From Chloroflexota bacterium (GTDB taxonomy: Bacteria > Chloroflexota > Anaerolineae > CG2-30-64-16): a DNA stretch of 64,000 nt. The stretch spans positions 2,950 through 66,949 of the forward strand of contig VGOD01000005.1 of NCBI GenBank assembly GCA_016876015.1, in the 5' to 3' direction. The notes under the pieces are model-generated. The model did not search any database, was not told the origin of the DNA, and worked only from the letters and a program-made list of their open reading frames with translations. A program made the translations under genes and the position numbers. Shown one piece after another: positions 19,737 to 27,511 of the stretch; the first letter of the stretch is position 1, and each line of letters opens with the position of its first letter.

Positions 19737-20357
19737 ATGCTCACATTGACCTTTGCCGGTGACGAGTCGGGCGACGTGAGCTTTGCCTTCGGCAAAGGCG
19801 CTTCTCGCTACTTCGTCGTGGCGGCCATCGCAACGGCCGAACCAGACGCGCTGCGCCAGCTTCTCGCAGACGTGCGCCAGGCATCGGGCCTACCGGCCGA
19901 GTATGAGTTCAGCTTCAACGCATTGTCGTCGGCGCCGCTGCGGGAGCGTGTGTTTACGGCTTTGGCCGGCGCGGATTTCGAAGTCTGGGCGGTGGTCGTT
20001 GACAAGACCGCCTTGCCTGACCCTTTCAAGGTCATGCGCCGGCTGGACTTCTACCTGTACTTCGTGACCGAGCTTATCCGGCTGATTCCAGCAGACAAGC
20101 GCGAGGGTGCAACGTTGATCCTGGACGAGTTCGGCTCAGCTACGACCCAGCGGACGGAACTCCGTCGCTTCATGGCTGCGCGGAACATCCCACGCCATTT
20201 CAAGCGTATCGTTGTCAGGCGCTCGAGGAGCGAGCCTTTGATTCAGGTCGCGGACCTGGTGGCCGGAGCGATTCTGCGCCGCGACGCGAAAGGCGAGGCT
20301 GACGCCTACGACTATGTGGAGAAGAAACTGCGCCAGGTGCTGGAGTTTTGCGGGTGA
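19737..20357 (+). CDS. DUF3800-domain protein
   Basis: ATG 19737 MLTLTFAGDESGDVSF. C-terminal EPLIQVADLVAGAI. Both are DUF3800 hallmarks. Confidence 0.65.
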   Translation: MLTLTFAGDESGDVSFAFGKGASRYFVVAAIATAEPDALRQLLADVRQASGLPAEYEFSFNALSSAPLRERVFTALAGADFEVWAVVVDKTALPDPFKVMRRLDFYLYFVTELIRLIPADKREGATLILDEFGSATTQRTELRRFMAARNIPRHFKRIVVRRSRSEPLIQVADLVAGAILRRDAKGEADAYDYVEKKLRQVLEFCG

Positions 20358-20595
20358 TACAAAAGTAACCCGCCCCGCTAGCCCGATCCTTCGCAAGAGA
20401 AGGGGGCAGGCCGCCACACTCGGCGACTTTTCGCGGGGCGGGAGAAAGCCTTGCGGCTTTTTACCGGATCGGAAGGTTCTAACCTTCAGACATACTGTAT
20501 CAGGAAACTGGCGGTCTGTCAAGAGCAAAATGGGCGAAATCGAGCCAATTCGCTCAACGAATAGCCATCCATCCAACACAAAGGAGAACAAGCTC

Positions 20596-20730
20596 ATGGA
20601 CACGCAGAAAGGTTTCATCACCCGCTTCGGAGAATGGTGGGATGACAGCAGGCTCATCGCCGCCAGACCGCACCCAGAGAGCGGTCGTCCGGTCGGCTTG
20701 CCGGCTGGCTGCCCTCCCGCGGCAACGTGA
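20596..20730 (+). pseudogene. TFL copy 6: cytoplasmic-tail codons, out of frame with the body
   Basis: ATG 20596 MDTQKGFITRFGEWWDDS. There are 86 nt before the shared cggtcgtccggtcggcttgcc, against 84 nt in copy 7. The tail frame stops at 20728-20730. Confidence 0.6.
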
Positions 20731-21731
20731 TCTTCACCTTGGCGATGATCGCGCTACTGATCGCCGCGCAATCCGCGGGCGCCTTGCCGTTGGGGCGACC
20801 ACTTGCCGCGCCGACCGCCGCGTCCACCGGCACGATCGCCTACCAGGGTCGCCTGGCCGATGCTGCCGGCGCGCCCCTGACCGGCACCTACAACATGATC
20901 TTCCGGCTCTACGACACCGCGGCCGGCGGAGCACCGTTGTGGGAGGAGCAGTGGACCGGCTCGAACGGCGTCAAGGTCAGCGACGGGCTGTTCAACGTGA
21001 TGATGGGCAGCCTGACCCCGCTCCCAATCTCCCAATTTACCAACTACCAATCCCTCTTCCTCGGCATCACCGTGGGCACGGACGACGAGATGGCCCCGCG
21101 CGTGCAATTGGGCAGTGTGCCGTTCGTGGTCCAGGCGCTCACCGTATCGGATGGAAGTATCACGACCGCGAAGATCGCGGATGGCGCGGTGACACAGGCG
21201 AAACTCCTCTTGAATAGCGGCCTGGAAATGTCCGGCGATTTGGAGGTGAGTGGAAACTTAATGTTGGTTCCAGGAAGTAAGCGGATACTCTTCTCCGATC
21301 CAGGGAACTACGACTTCAGCATTGTTCACAACGGTGGCTCCTCGCTGGATTTTCGGCTGCCGGAGTATCCAGGTGGTGAAGTGACGGCATTGCGAATCCA
21401 AAACGGAGGAGGCGTATCAGTACCTACGGGCGATCTCTACGTACATGGCGAGATAGATTCATCGACCAATGTCTTGCTGCGGTATGCCACAGTGACAACT
21501 GATGGCGATGGACGAGCTTCCATCGGTGCATACCTGACCGTGTTGAAACCTGCGCACTTCTGGATGCAGTGTATCTCAAGTGAGCAATACTGGAATGCTG
21601 ACTACGATTTCAACTACAACCCCACAATCGGACAATTGAGCGGACTATATCCCAACTGCAAAGTAGTCGTGTACTATGTAAATGCCCCCAGTGGGCAGGG
21701 GAATCCAGCATCTTCACCGCCAAACTGGTAG
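20727..21731 (+). CDS. TFL family copy 6: TM anchor, stalk, head E
   Basis: GTG 20727 MIFTLAMIALLIAAQSAGAL. Stalk [30 protein letters not shown]...[25 protein letters not shown]. Unique head E (LEVSGNLMLVPGSKRILFSDPGNYDF...). Confidence 0.65.
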   Translation: MIFTLAMIALLIAAQSAGALPLGRPLAAPTAASTGTIAYQGRLADAAGAPLTGTYNMIFRLYDTAAGGAPLWEEQWTGSNGVKVSDGLFNVMMGSLTPLPISQFTNYQSLFLGITVGTDDEMAPRVQLGSVPFVVQALTVSDGSITTAKIADGAVTQAKLLLNSGLEMSGDLEVSGNLMLVPGSKRILFSDPGNYDFSIVHNGGSSLDFRLPEYPGGEVTALRIQNGGGVSVPTGDLYVHGEIDSSTNVLLRYATVTTDGDGRASIGAYLTVLKPAHFWMQCISSEQYWNADYDFNYNPTIGQLSGLYPNCKVVVYYVNAPSGQGNPASSPPNW

Positions 21732-21767
21732 CTCGAAGTGGGGGAAAGGGAATTGGCTGAAGTGAGA

Positions 21768-21872
21768 GTTTGGATCACGAAGCCGCGCGGTGAACGCGAG
21801 GGCCTGGATCACGAAGCCGCGAAGTGAACACGAAGATCGCGCAGCACGAAGGACGCGAAGATGGTCGCCGCG
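21768..21872 (+). repeat. CGAAG-rich element, copy R4
   Basis: gtttGGATCACGAAGccgcgcggtgaacgcgagggcctGGATCACGAAGccGCGAAGtgaaCACGAAGatcgcgcaGCACGAAGgaCGCGAAGatggtcgccgcgagg. Lies 37 nt after the copy 6 stop. Confidence 0.7.
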
Positions 21873-21910
21873 AGGCGGGAGCTGCCCCAAACGGTCCGTA
21901 CCCGGCATCC

Positions 21911-22390
21911 CTATGTCTGATCGGCGTCGGGGTTTTGCAGCGATTCTTGTGCCAGCCTGGCCAACGCCTCGCCCGCTGTCAAGCATGAAAAGCGGTTAGC
22001 GATGTCCTGATAGTACTGGTCATACGTGATGATCGCCTGGCAGCCGTTGTGATACGCAGTGGCAACGTGCGCCTGATCGGAAGCACCTTTCAGGGGGAAT
22101 CGGCGGCTCAAGATGATACGCTCCATGCGGGTCAGCAAAGGCGCCAGAAGTAGCTCGTGTCCCAACAACTCATGGAAGGCCAGGCGGGTCACGCGCGGCG
22201 CTTGCTCGACCGGAAAGTTGCCATAGCAGAAGGCGCACAATTCCTGGAGAGCGTAGATGGAAACCACCGCCTCCAGTCGGCCGGCGTCCAAGGCATCGAA
22301 CAGCGCTGCTATCTCGGCGTAGCGATCCGGATGGCGCTGTTGGCCGAAGAGGAAGAGGATGACGGCAGTGGTATCCAGGTAGACCTTCAC
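21911..22390 (-). CDS. PIN-domain toxin (VapC-like)
   Basis: MKVYLDTTAVILFL (first Asp), YALQELCAF, ASDQAHVATA, IITYDQYY. Confidence 0.65.
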   Translation of the reverse strand: MKVYLDTTAVILFLFGQQRHPDRYAEIAALFDALDAGRLEAVVSIYALQELCAFCYGNFPVEQAPRVTRLAFHELLGHELLLAPLLTRMERIILSRRFPLKGASDQAHVATAYHNGCQAIITYDQYYQDIANRFSCLTAGEALARLAQESLQNPDADQT

Positions 22391-22599
22391 GCTAACGCCG
22401 ACGTCAGAGGAGAAACCAACTCGCGGGACGGCCTCAACCCCTGCCAGAGCGCGTCAGCCATGAAGTCGGCCAACATCAGCGCCAGCATCGTGACTCCCTG
22501 ATCTTCCAGCAGGTTGCGCGCTCGCACCTTGGCCTCTTCGGTCGCTGCTAACAGGTCGTCGGCCTGGAGATATTGCAGATAATCGGCTAATCGCTGCAT
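22387..22599 (-). CDS. Antitoxin of the PIN module
   Basis: 70-aa ORF overlapping the PIN start by 4 nt. Confidence 0.45.
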   Translation of the reverse strand: MQRLADYLQYLQADDLLAATEEAKVRARNLLEDQGVTMLALMLADFMADALWQGLRPSRELVSPLTSALA

Positions 22600-22620
22600 G
22601 GTGTGCTGCTCCTTACTCTT

Positions 22621-22649
22621 ACTCTACTCGGGAATCGGCGTTTTGTCAA
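22621..22649 (-). promoter_or_regulatory. Promoter of the PIN operon (conserved TA-promoter family)
   Basis: Minus strand: TTGACA (22649-22644), 17 nt (aaacgccgattcccgag), TAGAGT (22626-22621). SD aaggag. ATG at 22599. Confidence 0.55.
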
Positions 22650-22676
22650 AGCGCCAGCAACTCCTGGTCGGCAGGC

Positions 22677-23045
22677 TCAGCCATCGGCGGGCATTCGGTT
22701 CAGAGCGATGTAACGCTCGATCTCGGGGCGGTGATCGTCGTAATAGCTGAGCGCATCGAAAATCTGCGCCAGACGCAGGTGGGGCAGCTTGCGGACGATC
22801 TCTTCCGGTGCGTCGCCGAACTTCCAGTGCTCGACCACGGCGCGCACCGGCGTGCGTGTGCCCTTGATGATCGGTTCGCCGCCCAGGATGGTTTCCACGT
22901 GTGTGACATAGGGGTGGCCGGCCGGCGCAGACGGCATCACCGCCGTGAACTGGGTGGACATCCAATCCCGCAACTGATGGAGTTGGCGCTCCATGAGGCT
23001 CAAGCGGCTCACCACCATCTGAACGTCAGCAACCGATTTGGACAT
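22677..23045 (-). CDS. DUF433-domain protein (antitoxin-like, no cognate toxin adjacent)
   Basis: ILGGEPIIKGTRTPVRAVVEHWKFGDAPEEIVRKLPHLRLAQIFDALSYYDDHRPEI matches the DUF433 pattern. Confidence 0.65.
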   Translation of the reverse strand: MSKSVADVQMVVSRLSLMERQLHQLRDWMSTQFTAVMPSAPAGHPYVTHVETILGGEPIIKGTRTPVRAVVEHWKFGDAPEEIVRKLPHLRLAQIFDALSYYDDHRPEIERYIALNRMPADG

Positions 23046-23110
23046 CGTGAAGCTCCTGCTGCTTGTGGCTGAAACTCAAAACCGGAAAACGGGTTCGGAC
23101 CTGCGCCGAT

Positions 23111-23139
23111 ACTCTATCAGGAAATCGGAGGGGTACCAA
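23111..23139 (-). promoter_or_regulatory. Promoter of the DUF433 gene (same family, degenerate -35)
   Basis: Minus strand: TTGGTA (23139-23134), 17 nt (cccctccgatttcctga), TAGAGT (23116-23111). Confidence 0.4.
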
Positions 23140-23164
23140 GTGGGAATTTGCAAGGAAAGAAATG

Positions 23165-23260
23165 CGCGCAAATTCGTCGCGCGATCAGCCACAAAGTGTG
23201 GTATGCTGTCGTTAGCGCGCCATCGCTCTGTGCCAATCACTCAGGCATTGACAAGGAGTT
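23165..23260 (+). promoter_or_regulatory. Orphan TFL leader remnant (L9) without a downstream TFL gene
   Basis: ttcgtcgcgcgatcagccacaaagtgTGGTATGCTgtcgttagcgcgcc aligns to leaders L5/L7/L8. Homology is lost where the PIN gene 23241..23699 ends. Confidence 0.5.
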
Positions 23261-23699
23261 GCACAAAGGCGCCCACCCGCACGAGTTGGATCCCATTTTG
23301 GCGCAGGAACTCCACGATGTTGGGATCATCGTGCAGGTCTTTGTCTTCGCTGACCAGGTGAGTTGCCTGCCCCAACAGGGCCAACTCGATCAGATAGTTA
23401 TCTCGAGGATCGCGGCACAGGGTCAGGCGACCAACAGGCTGGACGAAAACGCTGAGGGTGTAGAGGCGTGCGAGCAGTCGCCGCCGCCGACGGGGGGTGA
23501 CGCCATAGCGACGGGCAAAGCGCGGCCGGCTCAAAACGCGGTGAATCTCGTCCAGATGGCCGCGTGAGGAAATCAGAGCGCACTGTCGGCGGCGAAGCGC
23601 AGTGAGCAGGAGGGCGCTGGCGCCAGTCGAAGAGAGCACGCCCCGCACAACAACGTTGGCGTCTACGACGAGACGAAAGAGGGTCGCCTCAGTCGGCAT
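23241..23699 (-). CDS. PIN-family toxin component
   Basis: LVVDANVVVRGVLSSTGASALLL...RGHLDEIHRVLSRPRF...CRDPRDNYLIELALLGQATHLVSEDKDL is typical of the 'putative toxin component, PIN family' group. Confidence 0.7.
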   Translation of the reverse strand: MPTEATLFRLVVDANVVVRGVLSSTGASALLLTALRRRQCALISSRGHLDEIHRVLSRPRFARRYGVTPRRRRRLLARLYTLSVFVQPVGRLTLCRDPRDNYLIELALLGQATHLVSEDKDLHDDPNIVEFLRQNGIQLVRVGAFVQLLVNA

Positions 23700-24135
23700 C
23701 TACAGCCCATTCGTCCAAGAGCGCGTCGAGCTCGTCGCTTAGCCGGGCGCGCTCGTCCCCCGACAACGACGATGCTTCGGCCAGGGCAGCCTCGACATCG
23801 GCCACGATCTCCGCAGGGCTGAACTGAGCGGCGCGGCTGCGAATCACGGCCAGGGTCGCGTCGAAGTGTTCATCCAGGGCGCGCTCCTGGGCCGGCGTCA
23901 CACGCAGCGGCGGCCGAACCGCGTCCGGAGGCTGTTGGCGCAACCACTGCTGGGCCTGCGCCTGCATGGCAGATACCCGCTCCAGATCTGGCCCGACGGT
24001 GGACGCAGCCTGCGGCAACGGCAGGACGACGACCAGCACCTGTTGTCGCTCAGGCAACCCAAGCCCTCGAGCCGGTCGCAGTACGCCATCCTGGTAGGTA
24101 GCAGTGACAATTTGACGCAACATAGCACCCTTCAC
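23689..24135 (-). CDS. Antitoxin of the PIN module (DUF104-like N-terminus)
   Basis: IVTATYQDGVLRPARGLGLPERQQVLVVVLP. Overlaps the toxin start. Confidence 0.5.
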   Translation of the reverse strand: MKGAMLRQIVTATYQDGVLRPARGLGLPERQQVLVVVLPLPQAASTVGPDLERVSAMQAQAQQWLRQQPPDAVRPPLRVTPAQERALDEHFDATLAVIRSRAAQFSPAEIVADVEAALAEASSLSGDERARLSDELDALLDEWAVDAD

Positions 24136-24227
24136 TCTGAATCTCGGTTGATGGGCACACGGTTTTTGCTCGATGCCCAGGCAAGACCTGCACCCGTCGC
24201 CACAGAAGGGTTCGACCCTACGCCTGT

Positions 24228-24256
24228 ACTCTACAGGGGAATCGGCATTCTGTCAA
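24228..24256 (-). promoter_or_regulatory. Promoter of the PIN operon (conserved TA-promoter family)
   Basis: Minus strand: TTGACA (24256-24251), 17 nt (gaatgccgattcccctg), TAGAGT (24233-24228), 93 nt before ATG 24135. Confidence 0.5.
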
Positions 24257-24261
24257 GGGGG

Positions 24262-24389
24262 AATTGTCCTACATTCATCGCGCGATCGGCCACAAAACGT
24301 GGTATACTGCCGTTGTTGCGCAATCGCCTTGCGCCGTTCATGCGGGCGTTGACAATCGAATCCCACACCCAGGCAAGGAGGCTCATTCC
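24262..24389 (+). promoter_or_regulatory. Conserved TFL leader (copy L7)
   Basis: Near-identical to 18208-18335. TGGTATACT at 24300-24308. Confidence 0.55.
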
Positions 24390-24698
24390 ATGGACACGCA
24401 GAAGAACTTCTTCATTCTGTTCGGTGAGTGGCTGCAAGCGCGGCAAGCTCGTCGCCAGGCGTCGCCCCATGATCGGTCGTCCGGTCGGCTTGCCGGCTGG
24501 CTGCCCTCCCGCGGCCACGTGATCTTTACCCTGCTGATGATCGCGCTGCTGATTGCCGCGCAGACCGTCGGCGCGCTGCCAGCAGCGCGACCGCAAGGGG
24601 TCGCCCCTACGGCTGCGTCCCCCGGCACCATCGCCTACCAGGGCCGGCTGGCGGATGCGGACGGCAACCCGCTGACGGGTACGTACAACGTGATTTAA
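24390..24698 (+). pseudogene. TFL family copy 7: tail, TM and first ~35 stalk residues only
   Basis: MDTQKNFFILFGEWLQARQARRQASPHDRSSGRLAGWLPSRGHVIFTLLMIALLIAAQ...[25 protein letters not shown]. Homology ends near 24695, abutting the 3' end of 24702..25190. Confidence 0.65.
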
Positions 24699-24701
24699 GA
24701 G

Positions 24702-25190
24702 CTATGCAGGCAACACGGTGCGTTCGATCTCAGCGATCAGAAACGGCAGGTTGGGGCGGGTGAAGCTCAGTTCCGGCGCGGGGATGCGGTGGTGTTTGAT
24801 ATCTGGCGGAATGTGCTTGTGATGCGGGTCGGTGCTGGCCAGCGTCCGATCATGGGGGTGCGGGAAGGAGTCGTACCAGTAGAGTTTGTCCTTGTGGGTG
24901 TAACTTGCCGGGCAGTACTGGACAGCGGGGGGGAAGTCGGGCGCATCCGGTGTGGCGTGCGGCCGAGAAACTTCGTAGCCGTAGCCTTCGATCAGGCCCA
25001 GCTCGAAGTTGAGAAACTCCTGCACGCAGAGGATGATGGCGTGATCGAACAGGATCAGCCCCTCAACCCGGCCAAACAGGGCGCCAGAGGGCACGTACAC
25101 CAGCGTAGAGCGGCGGATGCTGGCGTGGCGGGCGGGAAACGAGTAGATAAACGCCTGGTACGCCGCTGGCGATGAAAGCGGGTCAGGCAT
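24702..25190 (-). CDS. TumE-like (DUF6516) putative toxin, second copy
   Basis: KLYWYDSFPHPHDRTLASTDPHHKHIPPDIKHHRIPAP. Probable start is the Met at 25190. Confidence 0.5.
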   Translation of the reverse strand: MPDPLSSPAAYQAFIYSFPARHASIRRSTLVYVPSGALFGRVEGLILFDHAIILCVQEFLNFELGLIEGYGYEVSRPHATPDAPDFPPAVQYCPASYTHKDKLYWYDSFPHPHDRTLASTDPHHKHIPPDIKHHRIPAPELSFTRPNLPFLIAEIERTVLPA

Positions 25191-25461
25191 ACGCCAGTTC
25201 CAGATTGCTCTTGATCTGGATTGCGATCGGCTGCCGGCTGATGAGCTGCTGGTACTTCTCATCCAGGCTCAGCCAGGTCTTATACAGGGCCAGCCACTCG
25301 ATGAATTCCATGCGGTATTCGTCCAGCGCGTCGAACTCAGCCAGATCGCCGCGCAACATGGCGCCGTGAAAATCGTGGGATTTCACGCCGAATTTGACCT
25401 CGAAGCGGCCCAGAGCCGCTTCCAGCCGGCGAATGTCATTGAGCAGGTCATGGAGAGACAT
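25183..25461 (-). CDS. Partner (putative antitoxin) of the TumE-like gene
   Basis: ATG 25461 MSLHDLLNDIRRLEAALGRFEVKFGVKSHDF. 8-nt overlap with the toxin start. Confidence 0.4.
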   Translation of the reverse strand: MSLHDLLNDIRRLEAALGRFEVKFGVKSHDFHGAMLRGDLAEFDALDEYRMEFIEWLALYKTWLSLDEKYQQLISRQPIAIQIKSNLELAYA

Positions 25462-25487
25462 GATACAGCATCTCGCTTTCTGTAGCG

Positions 25488-25516
25488 ATTCTAGCACAGG
25501 TCAGATATGCCGTCAA
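25488..25516 (-). promoter_or_regulatory. Promoter of the second TumE-like operon
   Basis: Minus strand: TTGACG (25516-25511), 17 nt, TAGAAT (25493-25488), 27 nt before ATG 25461. Confidence 0.5.
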
Positions 25517-25559
25517 TGACAAACTCATCATCTGCCGGCCCGCGTCGGTCGCGGCGAAT

Positions 25560-25689
25560 GAACTCCGCGCACATTCATCGCGCCATCGGCCACAAAACGT
25601 GGTATACTGTCGTTGTTGCGCAATCGCCCTGCGCCGTTCACGCGGGCGTTGACAATCGAATCCCACACCCAGGCAAGGAGGCTCATTCC
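25560..25689 (+). promoter_or_regulatory. Conserved TFL leader (copy L8)
   Basis: Near-identical to L5/L7. TGGTATACT at 25600-25608. Confidence 0.55.
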
Positions 25690-25761
25690 ATGGACACGCA
25701 GAAGAATCTCTTACCGATTATGCTTATTTCCGGGCATCACTGGACAAATGACGTTTACTGA
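25690..25761 (+). pseudogene. TFL family copy 8: only the first ~6 codons remain
   Basis: ATG 25690 MDTQKNL, then unrelated LPIMLISGHHWTNDVY*. Followed by IS debris. Confidence 0.55.
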
Positions 25762-25811
25762 GATATCCTGGGGTTGCTACAGGATCACAGTGACTCAAGG
25801 AGCCCCTTTCC

Positions 25812-26359
25812 ATGCTACACCCCCGAGTTCTGCAAGAACAGATCGCTCGCAGCAACGAGAATGCGCATCGGTTACGCTGTCGCCTCTTGTGCGACTTGGT
25901 GGATGAGTTTTGTCCGCCACCGGCTGTGCGTCACGGACCTGGGCGTCCCACCGTCTTCAACGACAGCCTGGTCATGAAGATGGACCTGTTGGGACGCCTC
26001 AGCGGTATCCGTGGCGAGACGGAACTGTGGCGCCACTGGACCCGCTTCTATGGCTGGCTGTTGCCGCACTTGCCCAGTCAGTCCTGGCTGTGGCGGCGTC
26101 TCGACCAGTTGGCCCCCAAACTGGAGCAGCTACGCCCTTGGAACAATGGCTGCTGGAGCAGTATCGACAGCGCATCGAAACCACCGGCTCACAACTGGTC
26201 GACCTGCTGTATATCGAAGACCTGGGCGCCAAGACCGACCGCGGCCTCGCCAAGCGCGTCATTGGTGCTATGACTGCCTTCACGCTCGGCATCTATCTGA
26301 ACTTCCTGCTGGAACGCGAGCTTCTGGCCGTCAAGTCGCTGTTCGCCTACTTAGCATAA
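25812..26359 (+). mobile_element. IS982-like transposase remnant (internal deletion and frame change)
   Basis: N-terminal part GRPTVFNDSLVMKMDLLGRLSGIRGETELWRHWTRFYGWLLPHLPSQSWLWRRL. C-terminal part, in another frame, QRIETTGSQLVDLLYIEDLGAKTDRGLAKRVIGAMTAFTLGIYLN. The catalytic DDE core is missing. Confidence 0.5.
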
Positions 26360-26438
26360 TCGGTAGGAGGTATGGTATACTCAGCAAAAACCTGGAGGAC
26401 TAACCATAACGAGCATTTGGGGTCTCAAATCGCGCAGT

Positions 26439-27248
26439 TTGATCTCCGTGCCGTTGGATATTCCTGACGTCACGGTCCTCCGCAAGGGGCGGGCCAACTT
26501 CGTCGCCATCATCACCAGCCAGCAAGCCGACGGGCACGTGGCCCTCTTGGCGGTCTTGTCCGATCGCCAAAAGGAAACCGTGCGCCAATTTCTGGCAACC
26601 ATCCCCGCACGCTTGCGACCGACCCTGCACACCGTCTGCACCGATATGTGGGACGGCTCTGGCAACGCCGTCAAAGAATTCGCCGCCGCGCATGAAGACG
26701 TGACGCTGGTGGTGGTCATTGATCGGTTCCACGTCGCCAAGCCCTACCGCGACGGCGTCGATCAGCTCCGCCAACGGGACTGCCGGCGCCTCAAGGCGGA
26801 ATTGCCTGCCGCCGAGTACGCCGAGATCGAGGACGTGATGTGGCCGCTGCGCAAAAACCATGCGGACTTAACGCCGGAGGAACGCCAGCGCCTGCGCCGG
26901 CTATTTGGCTATGCCCCCGCCCTGAAGGTGGCCTATACGCTGCGCGAGGAACTCACGGCCATCTTCGAGTTGCCCTTGACTCCGGCGCAGGCCCGCCACC
27001 GTCTGCTCAAGTGGGGCGCCAAAGTCCGCCGCAGCGCCCTAACCTGTTTCGACGCCTTCCTCAAAACACTGACCAACTGGCTGGATGAGATTGTCAACTA
27101 TTTCGCCGCGCGGCGCAGCAGCGGTTTCGTGGAGGGCCTCAACAACAAGATCAAGACCCTGAAGCGGCGTTGCTATGGGATCACGCGCGTGACCCCGCTC
27201 TTCCAGCGGCTATACCTGGATCTGGAAGGTTACCGCCGCTTTGCCTAA
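26439..27248 (+). mobile_element. ISL3-family transposase, N-terminally deleted
   Basis: SSGFVEGLNNKIKTLKRRCYGITRVTPLFQRLYLDL is the ISL3 hallmark. VCTDMWDG and VIDRFHV are present. Only 269 aa, and the zinc-finger/HTH region is absent. Confidence 0.7.
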
Positions 27249-27266
27249 GCGGAGCACCCCCTATAT

Positions 27267-27473
27267 GTGGCCCTATCCCGCAAAATCCCAAAGAGCCCGG
27301 ATGACTTGACCGGTGTTCTAGCGCGGTCGCGGCGTGCGTATCAGATGTGGGTCCCGGCAGATGAGCGCGCCGACTGCTGTCTGGAGTGCGGCGAGTGCGA
27401 GCCGAAGCGCCCGCAAGGGATCGCAATTGTCGAATGGCTGAAGAAGGCCGATCGTTACTTGACGGCCTTGTGA
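27267..27473 (+). pseudogene. Gene fragment (Cys-rich C-terminal piece, possibly of an Fe-S oxidoreductase)
   Basis: 68-aa ORF with CCLECGECEPKRPQGIAIVEWLKKA, wedged between the IS remnant and the TIR gene. Weak call. Confidence 0.25.
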
Positions 27474-27511
27474 CCTGATCATCCATCGCTTGTACGCGAT
27501 GAGGAGCGGCG

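Noticed and set aside
20369-20465. 10-bp long-range stem (cccgccccgc/gcggggcggg) plus aaagcc-ttgc-ggcttt hairpin after the DUF3800 gene, as an intrinsic terminator.
   Set aside because: The pairings are visible, but the distal hairpin stem is short and AU-rich, and the long-range stem encloses a 54-nt loop. The evidence is too weak to annotate as a terminator without 3'-end data.
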